From contig JACPCJ010000102.1 of assembly GCA_016179865.1 (NCBI GenBank), positions 1,701 through 65,700 on the forward strand: a stretch of 64,000 nt of DNA, given 5' to 3'. The DNA comes from Actinomycetota bacterium (GTDB lineage: Bacteria > Actinomycetota > Acidimicrobiia > IMCC26256 > JACPCJ01). Shown here in pieces: positions 29,353-39,043 of this stretch (the first letter of the stretch is position 1; each line of letters begins with the position of its first letter). The notes under the pieces were generated by a model. That model had not been told where the DNA came from. It did no database searches and saw nothing but the letters and a program-made list of their open reading frames with translations. Made by a program: the position numbers and the translations under genes.

Positions 29353-30784
29353 ATGGAGCTGCTGCACCATCTCACGCTCGGTGACGTCCTGCGCGAGCAT
29401 GCCCGTTCGCACCCGACTCGCACTGCCACGGTGTGCGGCGACCAGCGGGCCGGGTTCCCCGAACTCGACGAGCGGGTGAACCGGCTCGCCAATGGTCTGT
29501 CGGGGGCAGGATTCGAGCCCGGCGACCGGATCCTGTGGCTCGGGCAGAACTGCCATCGACTTCTAGAAGGGCTCCTGGCCGCCGCCAAACTCGGGGGGTC
29601 GTTCTGCCCCGTCAATTGGCGCCAGTCGGCGGCTCCAACACGACGGCGAGGGCGAGGGCGAGGGAAGCTACGAGGCGTTCCTCGCCTCGGCGGCACCCGA
29701 CGACCCGGGCATCGGCGTGGACCCCTCGTCGGCGGTCCTCCTCATGTACACGGCCGCCTTTGAGGGCCTGCCGAACGCCGCCCAGCTCAGCCACCGGGCG
29801 GTGGTGGCGCAGAACCTGGTCATGGGCATGCTCCAGGAGATCACAGCCGACTACGTGTACCTGAACTGCGGCCCGCTGTTCCACGTCGCCACGCTGATGA
29901 CCACCATGGCGACCTTCCAATTCGGCGGCACCAACGTGTTCACCCCTCGGGTCGACGCCGAGGAGTTGTGCCGGCTCATCGACGCCGAGAAATGCACCGG
30001 CGCCTTCGTGATCGGCCCCACGATGGACCAGATCCTGGAGGTCAACCAGGGCGGGAAGTACGACCTCTCGACCCTGCGCACCTTCGGTGGAAAACCCGAG
30101 TGGAACGAGATGATCACCCTCGACCAGAGCCCCTGGGCCAGGAAGCCCGCCGGCTACGGCCAGACCGAGTGCATGGGCATGCTGACCTTCAATGCCCTGG
30201 GTGGCGACCAGCTCGGCACCGCCGGGCGGCCGTCCCCCACCGTCCAGGTACGCATCGTCGACCCCGACGGCAACGACGTGGCTCCCGGAGAGACGGGCGA
30301 GATCGTGGCCAGGGGACTCACCGTGCACAACGGCTACTTCAACCGCCCGGAGCTGAACGCCGCTCGGATCCGCGAGGGCTGGTGGCACACGAATGACCTG
30401 GGGCGGCGCGAGGCCGACGGGTCGATCAGCTTCGTCGCCCCCAAAACCCGGCTCATCAAGTCGGCGGCCGAGAACATCTACCCGGCCGAGGTCGAGCAGT
30501 GCATCAACCAGCACCCGGCCGTCAAGGAGTCGGCGATCATCGGGGTGCCCGACCCCAAATGGCACCAGAGCGTCAAGGCCGTCGTCGTGCTGGAGGACGG
30601 TGCCAGCGCCACCGCGGACGAGATCACCGAGTGGGTGCGGTCGAAGATCGCGTCCTACAAGAAGCCCAAGACCGTGGAGTTCGTCGACGAGCTGCCCCGT
30701 CAGGGATGGGCAATCGACTACGACGCCCTCGACGAACGATTCGGGGGCGGGAACTATCCGACGGGGTCCGGGAGGAGCGCGTAG
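29353..30784 (+). pseudogene. AMP-dependent synthetase/ligase, apparently disrupted (frame change plus missing segment near 29625-29665)
   Basis: The N-terminal 95 aa are in frame 1 (...FCPVNWRQSA). The remainder is in frame 2 (...LQHDGEGEGEGSYEAFLASAAPDD...LLMYTAAFEG...). The junction is at a (GGCGAG)x3 repeat. Confidence 0.6.
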
Positions 30785-30787
30785 GCG

Positions 30788-31531
30788 GTGGCTCCGCCCC
30801 ATCCGAACGCCGGCGCCTACCGCCGGCGGATCCGAATCGTCGCCCCGGTCGAGGGCCAGGTCGTCGCCGACCTGGAAGACGACTTCCATCGCTTCCGTGT
30901 GGAACTGCACCACGACGGCCGCCAGGTCACGTCGTGCACCGGCCAGGCGCTGCGCTTCCCGTGGACCGAGTGCCCGGGGGCAGTCGAACGGCTGCCGGAG
31001 CTCGCCGGGGCTCCCCTCACGCCCCGGGGCACCGACGTGGCCGGGCACGCCGACCCCCACCTCCACTGCACCCACCTGTTCGACCTCGCCGGCCTGGCCG
31101 TCGCGCACGCGGCCGGGGGTCGATACGAACGCCAGTACGACGCCGTCATCCCCGATCGCGACGCCGCGCTCGTCACCCACGCCCGGCTCTTCCGGGACGG
31201 CGAGCTGGTGATGGCGTGGGACCTCGAGGGCCTGGAGATCAAGGCGCCTCTGCTTTACGAGGGCGTCATGCTGCGGGGCGGGTTCATGCGGTGGGCCAAC
31301 TCTCACCTCGACCCCGAGGGGGCGGAGGCCGCCGCGGTGCTCCGTCGTGCGTGTGAGATCTCGTGGGGGCGCCAGACCCCGTGGGACAACCTGGAACGCG
31401 CCCTCGACATCGGCGACTTCATGCTCGGCGTGTGCCACACGTTCCGCGCCGGGGTCGCCGAGGTGGCGCTGCGGGTGAAGGGCACCGTGCGTGACTTCAC
31501 GGACCGCCCGGGGGACCTCCTCGGCTCTTGA
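30788..31531 (+). CDS. DUF2889-like protein
   Basis: VADLEDDFHRFRVELHHDG... and conserved Cys/His (WTECPGA, HCTHLFDL) match my recollection of DUF2889. GTG start. Confidence 0.55.
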   Translation: MAPPHPNAGAYRRRIRIVAPVEGQVVADLEDDFHRFRVELHHDGRQVTSCTGQALRFPWTECPGAVERLPELAGAPLTPRGTDVAGHADPHLHCTHLFDLAGLAVAHAAGGRYERQYDAVIPDRDAALVTHARLFRDGELVMAWDLEGLEIKAPLLYEGVMLRGGFMRWANSHLDPEGAEAAAVLRRACEISWGRQTPWDNLERALDIGDFMLGVCHTFRAGVAEVALRVKGTVRDFTDRPGDLLGS

Positions 31532-32210
31532 CCGGGCTGGGACCCGCCCCCGGATGAACGAGGCCGTGGTCGAAGGCGAAGACCACGGCGGCGGCGCGAT
31601 CCCGCAGGCCGAGCTTGGTGAAGATGTGGCCGACGTGGCTCTTCACCGTCACCTCGGAGATGAACAGTTCCTCGGCCGTTTCGGCGTTGGAGCGGCCTCG
31701 GCCGATGAGCTGGAGGACTTCGAGTTCCCTCGGCGTTAGCTCGTCGACGCCGGCGTCGCCGGCACTCGGAGGCGTCGGCGCGCTCGCCCGGTAGGTCTCC
31801 AGGACCCGGCCGGTCACCGACGGGTCGAGCCACGATTCCCCAGCCGCCACCGCCCGGACGGCGCGGATGATGTCCTCGGCCGGAGCGTCCTTCAGCACGA
31901 ATCCGGCCGCCCCGACCCGGAGGGCACCGGACAGGAGCTCGTCGTCGTCGAAGGTGGTGAGCACAAGAACGGGCGGCGTGTCCCCTGACGCTCGAAGCCT
32001 CCGGGTGGCCTCGATCCCATCGACCCGCTTCATGCGCAGGTCCATCACGATCACGTCGGGGCTGTGGACCGGGACGGCGGACTCGACCTCGTCGCCGTCG
32101 ACGCACTCTGCCACGACTTCGAATCCGTCTCGCGGGGTGAGGATCCGGCGCAGGCCCGACCGCACCAGCTCCTGGTCATCAACCAGCATCACGCGGACCG
32201 GGGATGTCAT
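31497..32210 (-). CDS. NarL/LuxR-family response regulator
   Basis: VRVMLVDDQELVRSG...VIVMDLRM receiver domain, and LTPRELEVLQLIGRGRSNAETAEELFISEVTVKSH HTH. Confidence 0.9.
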   Translation of the reverse strand: MTSPVRVMLVDDQELVRSGLRRILTPRDGFEVVAECVDGDEVESAVPVHSPDVIVMDLRMKRVDGIEATRRLRASGDTPPVLVLTTFDDDELLSGALRVGAAGFVLKDAPAEDIIRAVRAVAAGESWLDPSVTGRVLETYRASAPTPPSAGDAGVDELTPRELEVLQLIGRGRSNAETAEELFISEVTVKSHVGHIFTKLGLRDRAAAVVFAFDHGLVHPGAGPSPVKSRGGPPGGP

Positions 32211-33394
32211 GACTCGGCAGGCTGGCTCGGCGCCGAGACTTCGACCGCCCACCCGTTGGCCTCGGGCCCGGCCTGGAAGGTCCCGCCAAGAAGGCGCGCT
32301 CGCTGCTCCATCCCCTTGAGCCCGAGCCCGCCGGCGTCACCGTCTGGCGCCGCCCCGTTCCGACCGTCGTTCCGCACGACCAGGCGGACGTCACCGTCGC
32401 CGACGGAGAGGAGGACCTCGGCCTTGGACCCCGGGGCGTGCTTTGCCACGTTGGCCAGTGACTCTTGGGCGATCCGGTAGAGGCCGAGCCCGGTGGCGAG
32501 GGGGACCGCCGAGGCGTCACCGTGAAGCTCGCACGCGACGTCGAGCCCCGCATCCGCGAACCCGCGCACCAACGCTGGGATGTCTGCGGCACCGGGCATG
32601 GGAGCGGTGCCGCCGGCGGGGTCGGGAGTCAGGAGGCCAACCGTGCGCCGGATGTCGGTCATGGCCTGTCGGCCCAGCCGCTCGGCGTCGCGCAACGCCT
32701 CGGCCGCCTCGGTTGCGTCGGCTCCCGACTCGAGCGCGTGGCGCGCCCCCGTGAGATGCAGCATCGTCACCGACAGGGAGTGGGCGATGACGTCGTGGAT
32801 CTCGCGGGCGATCCGCTGGCGTTCCTGGGCTGCCGCGCCGGCAAGCGACTCGGCGTGGCGAGCGTGCTCGGACATCATCGCCTCAACGCTCTTCTGCACC
32901 GCCAGCCCGCCCGCGTAGGAAGCCGCGTAGCCGGTGACCCAGATCAGGGCTCCATCGAACTGGTCGGTCGCCTCGATCCCGATCATGGCCCCGCACGCCG
33001 CGACCAGGATCGCGAGGCCCTCAGGCATCCGAGCGGTCGCCCCGCCCTGGATGCAGGTCAGGCAGACGAGGAAGGGGGCGAAGTCGGTGGAGGTGGGCGA
33101 GTGCACCAGCACCGCCGTGACCGGGCCGATGGTCAGGGCGGCCCAGAGCCACCGCGGAAGGAACAGCTCGGGTCGCTCGGGGTGCCGGTGGCTGACGTAG
33201 TCGAGCACGAATGGCATCGCCGCGAGGAGGACGAGGGGCGCGTCCCAGGCGAGCACCCCGGCGTCGTACTCCGCCACCCGGTGCCACAGGCTCTCGATGG
33301 CCACAAACACCGCCCCCGCCATGGATCCGATGGGCAGGAACTGGGGCCACTCGAGGTCCTCAGGCGCGATGTCTGACGCGTGCGCGTGGCTCAT
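32207..33394 (-). CDS. Sensor histidine kinase (HisKA_3 type), membrane-embedded sensor
   Basis: ERQRIAREIHDVIAHSLS H-box and a C-terminal HATPase (GGLGLKGMEQRA). 4-nt overlap with the regulator gene. Confidence 0.85.
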   Translation of the reverse strand: MSHAHASDIAPEDLEWPQFLPIGSMAGAVFVAIESLWHRVAEYDAGVLAWDAPLVLLAAMPFVLDYVSHRHPERPELFLPRWLWAALTIGPVTAVLVHSPTSTDFAPFLVCLTCIQGGATARMPEGLAILVAACGAMIGIEATDQFDGALIWVTGYAASYAGGLAVQKSVEAMMSEHARHAESLAGAAAQERQRIAREIHDVIAHSLSVTMLHLTGARHALESGADATEAAEALRDAERLGRQAMTDIRRTVGLLTPDPAGGTAPMPGAADIPALVRGFADAGLDVACELHGDASAVPLATGLGLYRIAQESLANVAKHAPGSKAEVLLSVGDGDVRLVVRNDGRNGAAPDGDAGGLGLKGMEQRARLLGGTFQAGPEANGWAVEVSAPSQPAES

Positions 33395-33538
33395 TGCGTG
33401 AAGCGTAGGGGAGGCAAAACCGCAGGTCATCCGCCTGTCGGCGGAGAACCGGGGGCTCGCGCCTCCGCCCTGGGGAGGAGGCCGAAATGGGCTCGGCGCA
33501 CGATGACCGGCGCGGCCTCTGTCCGTACCGTGACACGC

Positions 33539-34612
33539 ATGACGACCACGAATGAACACGTGATGACCCGACGGGACGAGCTTGCCAGCGCCGTGATCAC
33601 GGCGTGGGTCGTGACCGGCCTGTTCCTCGACGGCTGGGCACACAACGCCGAGAAACCCGAGACGTTCTTCACGCCCTGGCACGGCCTGCTCTACGCGGGC
33701 TTCGCCGCCGGGGTGCTCTGGGGCGTGCTCGAACGGGCCCGGGCGCGGCGGCTCGGTGAGCCGGTGCGGCCAATGCCGGCACTCATGCGGGTGGGCTTCG
33801 CCTGCTTTGCCGTGGGCGGGGTCGCCGACATGATCTGGCACGGGATCTTCGGGGTCGAGGCCGACGTCGAGGCCCTGGTGAGCCCGACGCACCTGCTGCT
33901 CATGGTCGGAGGGCTCCTCTTGACGACGGGGACCGTCCGCAGTGCTCTGGGTCGCGGTGCCACGAGCCCGACGCTTCGCGATTTCGCCCCCGCCCTGACC
34001 GGCGTCGCCCTCGCCGTGGCCGTGGTGGGCTTCTTCGTGCAGTTCAGCTCGGCGTTCCGCATCGAGGATCACGCCGGTCTCGGGTCCGGGGCCACCGAGG
34101 GCGACCAGGTGCAGGGGATGACCTCGCTCCTCCTCACGAACATTCTGCTCGTGGGTGCCGTGGCGTGGACGCTGCGGCGATTCCGCCCGCCCCGGGGCAC
34201 GTTCGCCGTGCTCCTCACCGTGCCCGCTGTGCTGCTCGCAAGCCAGCACGGCTTCGACGAGCTGCCCCTGGCCGGCGCCGCGCTAGTCGCCGGCCTCGTC
34301 GCGGACGCCCTCGTCGCTCGAGGCACATCCGATCGCTCCGTGCTCCTAACAACCCCGCTCGTCCTCTGGACCGGGTGGTTCGCCATCTACCACGCCGTGT
34401 GGGGCCTCGGCTGGCCGGTCGAGATCTGGACCGGACCCATCGTGCTCGCCATCCTCACCGGCTTCGGCCTGAGCCTGCTTGCAGACGCAGGCCCGTCCTC
34501 CGTCCCGACGCCAATCCCCACCGAGGTCGCGCTGGCCGCGGACCCGGCCGGCGCCGCAACCCCCCGCAGCCCCCGCACGCCCTACCGGGCCCTCGCCGAG
34601 CTGCTGGTGTAG
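33539..34612 (+). CDS. Hypothetical polytopic membrane protein
   Basis: About 8-9 hydrophobic segments. Divergent from the histidine kinase. No domain recognised. Confidence 0.6.
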   Translation: MTTTNEHVMTRRDELASAVITAWVVTGLFLDGWAHNAEKPETFFTPWHGLLYAGFAAGVLWGVLERARARRLGEPVRPMPALMRVGFACFAVGGVADMIWHGIFGVEADVEALVSPTHLLLMVGGLLLTTGTVRSALGRGATSPTLRDFAPALTGVALAVAVVGFFVQFSSAFRIEDHAGLGSGATEGDQVQGMTSLLLTNILLVGAVAWTLRRFRPPRGTFAVLLTVPAVLLASQHGFDELPLAGAALVAGLVADALVARGTSDRSVLLTTPLVLWTGWFAIYHAVWGLGWPVEIWTGPIVLAILTGFGLSLLADAGPSSVPTPIPTEVALAADPAGAATPRSPRTPYRALAELLV

Positions 34613-34741
34613 CCGGGGGGCCACGACGCTCCGGCAAATGGCCCGATCGGGCTATGCAGCCGGGGGTCTGCGGTCCCGATGCAACGGCGAAGCGCGGGGG
34701 AGACCGTGCTCGAGTCCCTTCAGCAACCGGGGCGCACGCCG

Positions 34742-36622
34742 ATGCACAGCACACGCCGACCTGCCAGCACGTTGGCGGCGGCTTTCGTGGCCGCCGCCAC
34801 CATCGGGATCTCCAGTCCTGCCGCGTTCGCCGGCCAGACGAATGGGCTCGACGGCGAGCCGCCGAGCCCGACGGCCGAGGAGCGGACCACCGCCTCCGTT
34901 CCCGACTTCTCGAGAGGACCGCGAGGGACGAGTGAGGCCCGCGTGCGGGTGCTCGAGCTGTCGGCGCCGGGGTTGGCCGCCGGGGCGCTCGCCTTCGACC
35001 TCCAGAGCACGATCGACCACGAACGGCAGGGCCTTCCCTTCGACCGATCGTGGGGCCGGATGGTCGAGTCGTACGTCGACACGGGCGGCCAGACGCTTTA
35101 CCCGCCCGACTCGCCGCACGAGATGGAGGTCGTCGCCGGGAGTGAGAGCGAAGAGCTCGGCACGCTTCCCCTGACGCTGCCGATGGAGCCGACCCAGCTC
35201 GACGCCTTCGGGTTGGGGCAGGTCGTCGACGACGTCCTCGGTGCTGGTGGCGTGACCGACGGCGAGCTGAACCCGGTCAAGACCACCGGCCGAGTCGACG
35301 CCGACGGCGCCGCCGGGGAACAGGCGTCTGAGGTGGCGGCGGTGGACCTCTTGAGCGGGGTCGTCAGCGCCGTGGATGCCGGGCCCGGCGTGCTCCAGTC
35401 GTGGGCGCGGCCGGACCAGTCGGGCGCCATGACGCGAGCCCTCGCCATCTCCGACCTGAAGGTCCTCGGCCTCTTCGACTTGCTCGGCGTCGACCTCGCG
35501 AGCCTCGATCTGTCAACCCTCTCGGACCTCGCCGATCGGTTCTGGCTCCGTCCGCCCGCCGGGTCGGCGACGTGGGGTGGATACGTCCAACGAATGGTGG
35601 CGCTCCGGAGTGCACTCGATGTCCAGGCCGCGCTTGGGGTGCTGTGTGACCAGCTGGACGAGATCCTTGGTTCGACGTACGGGATTCGGTTCAGCCAGGA
35701 CCTCGACGTCCTGGGCGTCGAACCGCCGGACTGCCTTGACCCCAACGCCGTCGGCCGCCTGGTCCAGCAACTCGTCGACCTGGCTGCCGAGACGTCACAG
35801 ACCCTCATCGACGGGCTTTCGAAGGCCGACACCCTCGCCTTCGAGGACATCTCCGGGTACACGCACGCGGTGGCCGAGATCACGCCGCTGGGGGCTCGGC
35901 CCTCGGCGCAGGTGAACGGCGGGGTCGAGAATATCACCGTCGGGGGAAGGCGCCTCGGTGGGTTCTCGGTGCTCGACGCGCTCGACAAGATCAGCGCCCT
36001 CGAGAACCGGGTCAACGGCGGCCTGGACGACGCGCTCACACCCGTCGGTGGCTCGGGCCGCGTGCGGGTGCAGCTTCTCCCTCGACTGGTCCAGGCTCCC
36101 GAGCCGGACGGTCCGTACGCCACCGCTCGGGCTGCGATGACGCTCGTCACCATCTCGATCACGCCTCCGCGCGTGTCGGCACCCGAGCCCACCGTGAGCG
36201 GTGGCACGCAGCCCCCCGATCTCGCTGCCGGCGAGATCGACCTGGCCGGGGCCCAGACGATCTCCGCCGTACGGGGCCCGGATCAGCCGCTCGGCGACTT
36301 GCTCGAGCCGGTGACCATCACCGTCGGGGCGATGGAGAGCACGGCCGAGCACATGAGGCCGGGCGTCAACCCCGATCCGGACCCGGACGCCTGCCCGAAG
36401 TGCCCAACAGACAAGACGGGCAAGACGGGCCGGCTGGCAAACCTCCCGTGGGACCCCGAGAACGAGTGGGAGAGTCCGGGTGGCACCAGCTCGACCGGCA
36501 CCCTGCCGCGGACGGGAGGGAACGGGGCAGCGGCCGGCCTCGGCGTCGCCGCCCTCGGGAGCGCCGTCGCCCTGCGCCGGCGCTTCCTCCAGCCGCTTTC
36601 TCGCGAAGACCGTCCGGGGTGA
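34742..36622 (+). CDS. Secreted protein with C-terminal LPXTG-type sorting signal (LPRTG, hydrophobic stretch, RRR)
   Basis: Signal peptide MHSTRRPASTLAAAFVAAATIGISSPAAFA. C-terminus GTLPRTGGNGAAAGLGVAALGSAVALRRRF. Confidence 0.75.
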   Translation: MHSTRRPASTLAAAFVAAATIGISSPAAFAGQTNGLDGEPPSPTAEERTTASVPDFSRGPRGTSEARVRVLELSAPGLAAGALAFDLQSTIDHERQGLPFDRSWGRMVESYVDTGGQTLYPPDSPHEMEVVAGSESEELGTLPLTLPMEPTQLDAFGLGQVVDDVLGAGGVTDGELNPVKTTGRVDADGAAGEQASEVAAVDLLSGVVSAVDAGPGVLQSWARPDQSGAMTRALAISDLKVLGLFDLLGVDLASLDLSTLSDLADRFWLRPPAGSATWGGYVQRMVALRSALDVQAALGVLCDQLDEILGSTYGIRFSQDLDVLGVEPPDCLDPNAVGRLVQQLVDLAAETSQTLIDGLSKADTLAFEDISGYTHAVAEITPLGARPSAQVNGGVENITVGGRRLGGFSVLDALDKISALENRVNGGLDDALTPVGGSGRVRVQLLPRLVQAPEPDGPYATARAAMTLVTISITPPRVSAPEPTVSGGTQPPDLAAGEIDLAGAQTISAVRGPDQPLGDLLEPVTITVGAMESTAEHMRPGVNPDPDPDACPKCPTDKTGKTGRLANLPWDPENEWESPGGTSSTGTLPRTGGNGAAAGLGVAALGSAVALRRRFLQPLSREDRPG

Positions 36623-36645
36623 CCGGTTACCGCGGGTAACGGCGA

Positions 36646-37026
36646 TCAGGAGGGGGCTGCGGCGCCGGGGGTCGTGGGCTGGCAGACGCAGAACTCGTTG
36701 CCCTCGGGGTCGGTCATGACCTGCCAGCAGAAGAGTTCGTCCCGGCAGGCGTCGGGGTCGGCGCGCACGGCGCCCAAGGCCTCCAGGCGGGCAACCTCGC
36801 CCTCAATGTCGTCGACGTGGATGTCGAGGTGCATCCGGTTCTTGCCCTGCTTCGGCTCGGGGACGCCCTGGAGCACGATGATGGGGCCCTGGCCGTCGCC
36901 CGCGGCGGCGTCGGGCCCGAGCACAACGTAGGGACCGGTCTCCATCACCGGCTGGTACCCGAGGGCGGCCCCCCAGAACTTCGCCAGGGCCTGCGGGTCG
37001 GAGCAGTCGAGCACGAAGGTCAGCAC
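36646..37026 (-). CDS. VOC/glyoxalase-like family protein
   Basis: VLTFVLDCSDPQALAKFWGAALGY...RMHLDIHV...DPEGNEFCV. GTG at 37026, just after the ilvC stop. Confidence 0.75.
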   Translation of the reverse strand: MLTFVLDCSDPQALAKFWGAALGYQPVMETGPYVVLGPDAAAGDGQGPIIVLQGVPEPKQGKNRMHLDIHVDDIEGEVARLEALGAVRADPDACRDELFCWQVMTDPEGNEFCVCQPTTPGAAAPS

Positions 37027-37033
37027 GGGCGTG

Positions 37034-38011
37034 TCACGATCCTCCCTTCCCGGCGAGCTCACCGAGGCGAGCGCGCAGGTCTGCCTCAAAACTGCGCACC
37101 GCCTCGCCGACGTGCGCCTCCTTCAGCGCGGTGAGGTGGGGGTAGCCGGCGTCGCGCTCGGCGTCCCACTCGTCGGCGAAGGCCCCCGACTCGATCCCGT
37201 CGACGATCTCGCGCATCCCAGCCGCCACGTCGAGATGGGAGAAGGCGTCCCGGCGGGAGAGCTGGCCGTACTGGCTGGTGGGCGAGTGGTGCTCCATCTG
37301 GGCCGCGTAGCCCTCGAGACGGACGAGGCGCATGGTGCGCTCCATCTCGCCCGACAGCCCGATCTCGGTGAGGACGGCTTCGAGTGGTATCCCGTGCTCG
37401 AGCATGACCCGCACGAAGGTGGTGTGGACGTGCTGGAGGGCGGGGGCGAGGGCCTGTTCCACGGCGAGGTCGAGCACCGCCTCCTGCATCGTCGTCATCT
37501 CGATGCCGCCCTGCTTGAGCCCGCCGACGGCGCGGGCGAGGGCGAGGACGCGCGCCTGGGCGGTCCCGGTGACGTCCCGGTGGACACCCACGGCGGTGAT
37601 GAAGCCGATCCCCTCGTCGTAACAGCGGCGAACCTCGGGGCCGAGCATCCGGGGAGCGACCATTCCCTGGTCACCTGGAGGGTCGAGGCGATCGAAGGCC
37701 AGCGTGTAGCCGCTCGCCACCACGGTGAGGGCGTCGGCGCGGGGCGCGAGGGGGAGGTCGGGGATGACGTCGTCGGGGACGAGGGCACAGATGACGTCGA
37801 GGTCGTTGGCCTCCTCCAGCTCCCTGCCCGCGAAGCCGTCGGCCTCGGCGCGTTCCCGCGTCTCGTCGGCCCGCACGCAGACCGAGACGTCGAGCCCCGA
37901 GTCCCGGAGGTTGAGGGCCCACGAGCGGCCCTGGTTGCCATACCCGACCACCGCCACTCGCTGGCCGGCGAGGGCGGCGGGGTCGCCGTCGTGCTCGTAC
38001 CAGATCTTCAC
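37034..38011 (-). CDS. ilvC: Ketol-acid reductoisomerase
   Basis: MKIWYEHDGD...VAVVGYGNQGRSWALNLRDSG. Class I length (325 aa). Confidence 0.95.
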   Translation of the reverse strand: MKIWYEHDGDPAALAGQRVAVVGYGNQGRSWALNLRDSGLDVSVCVRADETRERAEADGFAGRELEEANDLDVICALVPDDVIPDLPLAPRADALTVVASGYTLAFDRLDPPGDQGMVAPRMLGPEVRRCYDEGIGFITAVGVHRDVTGTAQARVLALARAVGGLKQGGIEMTTMQEAVLDLAVEQALAPALQHVHTTFVRVMLEHGIPLEAVLTEIGLSGEMERTMRLVRLEGYAAQMEHHSPTSQYGQLSRRDAFSHLDVAAGMREIVDGIESGAFADEWDAERDAGYPHLTALKEAHVGEAVRSFEADLRARLGELAGKGGS

Positions 38012-38110
38012 GTATTTCCGCTCCTGGCCCGTCGTTGGTTGGCTCGCCGGGCCGCTGGGCCCCGCTCGCTTCGCTCGTCGTGCGTCGACACGCTATGGCA
38101 CGCTGCGTTC

Positions 38111-39024
38111 GTGACGCGGGTCGCCTTCATCGTGCTCGACGGCATGCCGAGCCGGCACGTCACTCCCGAAGTCGCTCCGTGCCTGTGGGCGCTGGCGGCG
38201 GAGGCCGGCCGGCCCCCGGGCGAGGCGACCGGGGTGATGCCGGCGGCCACCTACCCCAACCACGTGACCTTCGTGACCGGGCGACGACCCGAGGACCACG
38301 GCGTCCTCGCCAACTGGTTCTTCGTCGACGGGAAACCCACCCCGGCCGAGGCGGTGGGGCCATCGGGACCCACGCTCTTCGACGCCTGCCGAGACGCCAG
38401 AAGGTCGTCGGCCTTCGTGGCCGGTGACCAGCACCTCGTCAAGGTGATGGCGGCCGACCGCGCCGACGAACATTGGCCCGCCGACGGCGAGGTGCCCGAG
38501 GGGTGCGAGCGCGACGCCAAGGGGTACGTCGCCGACGCCGAGGTGGCCCCGCGCACCCCGCCTGGGACGACACGGTGGTGATCGTGGTCAGCGACCACAC
38601 CATGGAGACGCTCGCCCACCCGGAGCCGATCGACCTGTTGGCGCTGGCCGCCGCGCACGGGGGGTTCGGCCTGCCGGGTGGCGGCTCGGCGCTGGTGCTC
38701 GGGAACAACGAACCGTCGTGGCTCGACGGGCTCCCAGGGTGCGCCGGGCGGCGGGCCGTCCGCGAAGGCCTGTGGGAAGCCTGGACCCATCCGGGGTGGT
38801 GGTTCGCCGTCGCCGGATTGGGCGAGGACTACCGAGGCATGCACGGGAACCCCACGACGCTGCCCCAGGTGGCCCTGGTCAGTGGGGGACACCCCGCGGC
38901 CGTCGAGCTCGCCGACGTCGTGGCCGCGGGCGGCGTCAGCGCTCTCGACTGGGCCCCCACGATGGCTGGCCTCTTGGGGTTGCACCTCCCCGAGGCATCC
39001 GGCCTCAACCTGCTTCCCCAGTAG
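38111..39024 (+). pseudogene. Nucleotide pyrophosphatase/phosphodiesterase (alkaline-phosphatase superfamily) with an apparent frameshift near 38540-38580
   Basis: The N-terminal part (VAFIVLDGMPSRH...ATYPNHVTFVTG) ends at the TGA at 38579-38581. The conserved VVIVVSDHTME and the rest continue in another frame to 39024. Confidence 0.6.
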
Positions 39025-39043
39025 CCGGCGCTACCGTGGCCCA

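Noticed and set aside
29190-29354. Hydrolase start at the ATG complement of 29352-29354, which would overlap the divergent ligase ATG within a CCATGG site.
   Set aside because: The extra 55 aa look non-homologous (Gly/Pro/Ala-rich) and would leave no promoter space. The GTG at 29189 gives a typical alpha/beta-hydrolase N-terminus.
37031-38110. First ~360 codons of the 516-aa plus-strand ORF 37031-38581.
   Set aside because: They are antisense to ilvC. Only the part from the GTG at 38111 resembles a phosphodiesterase.
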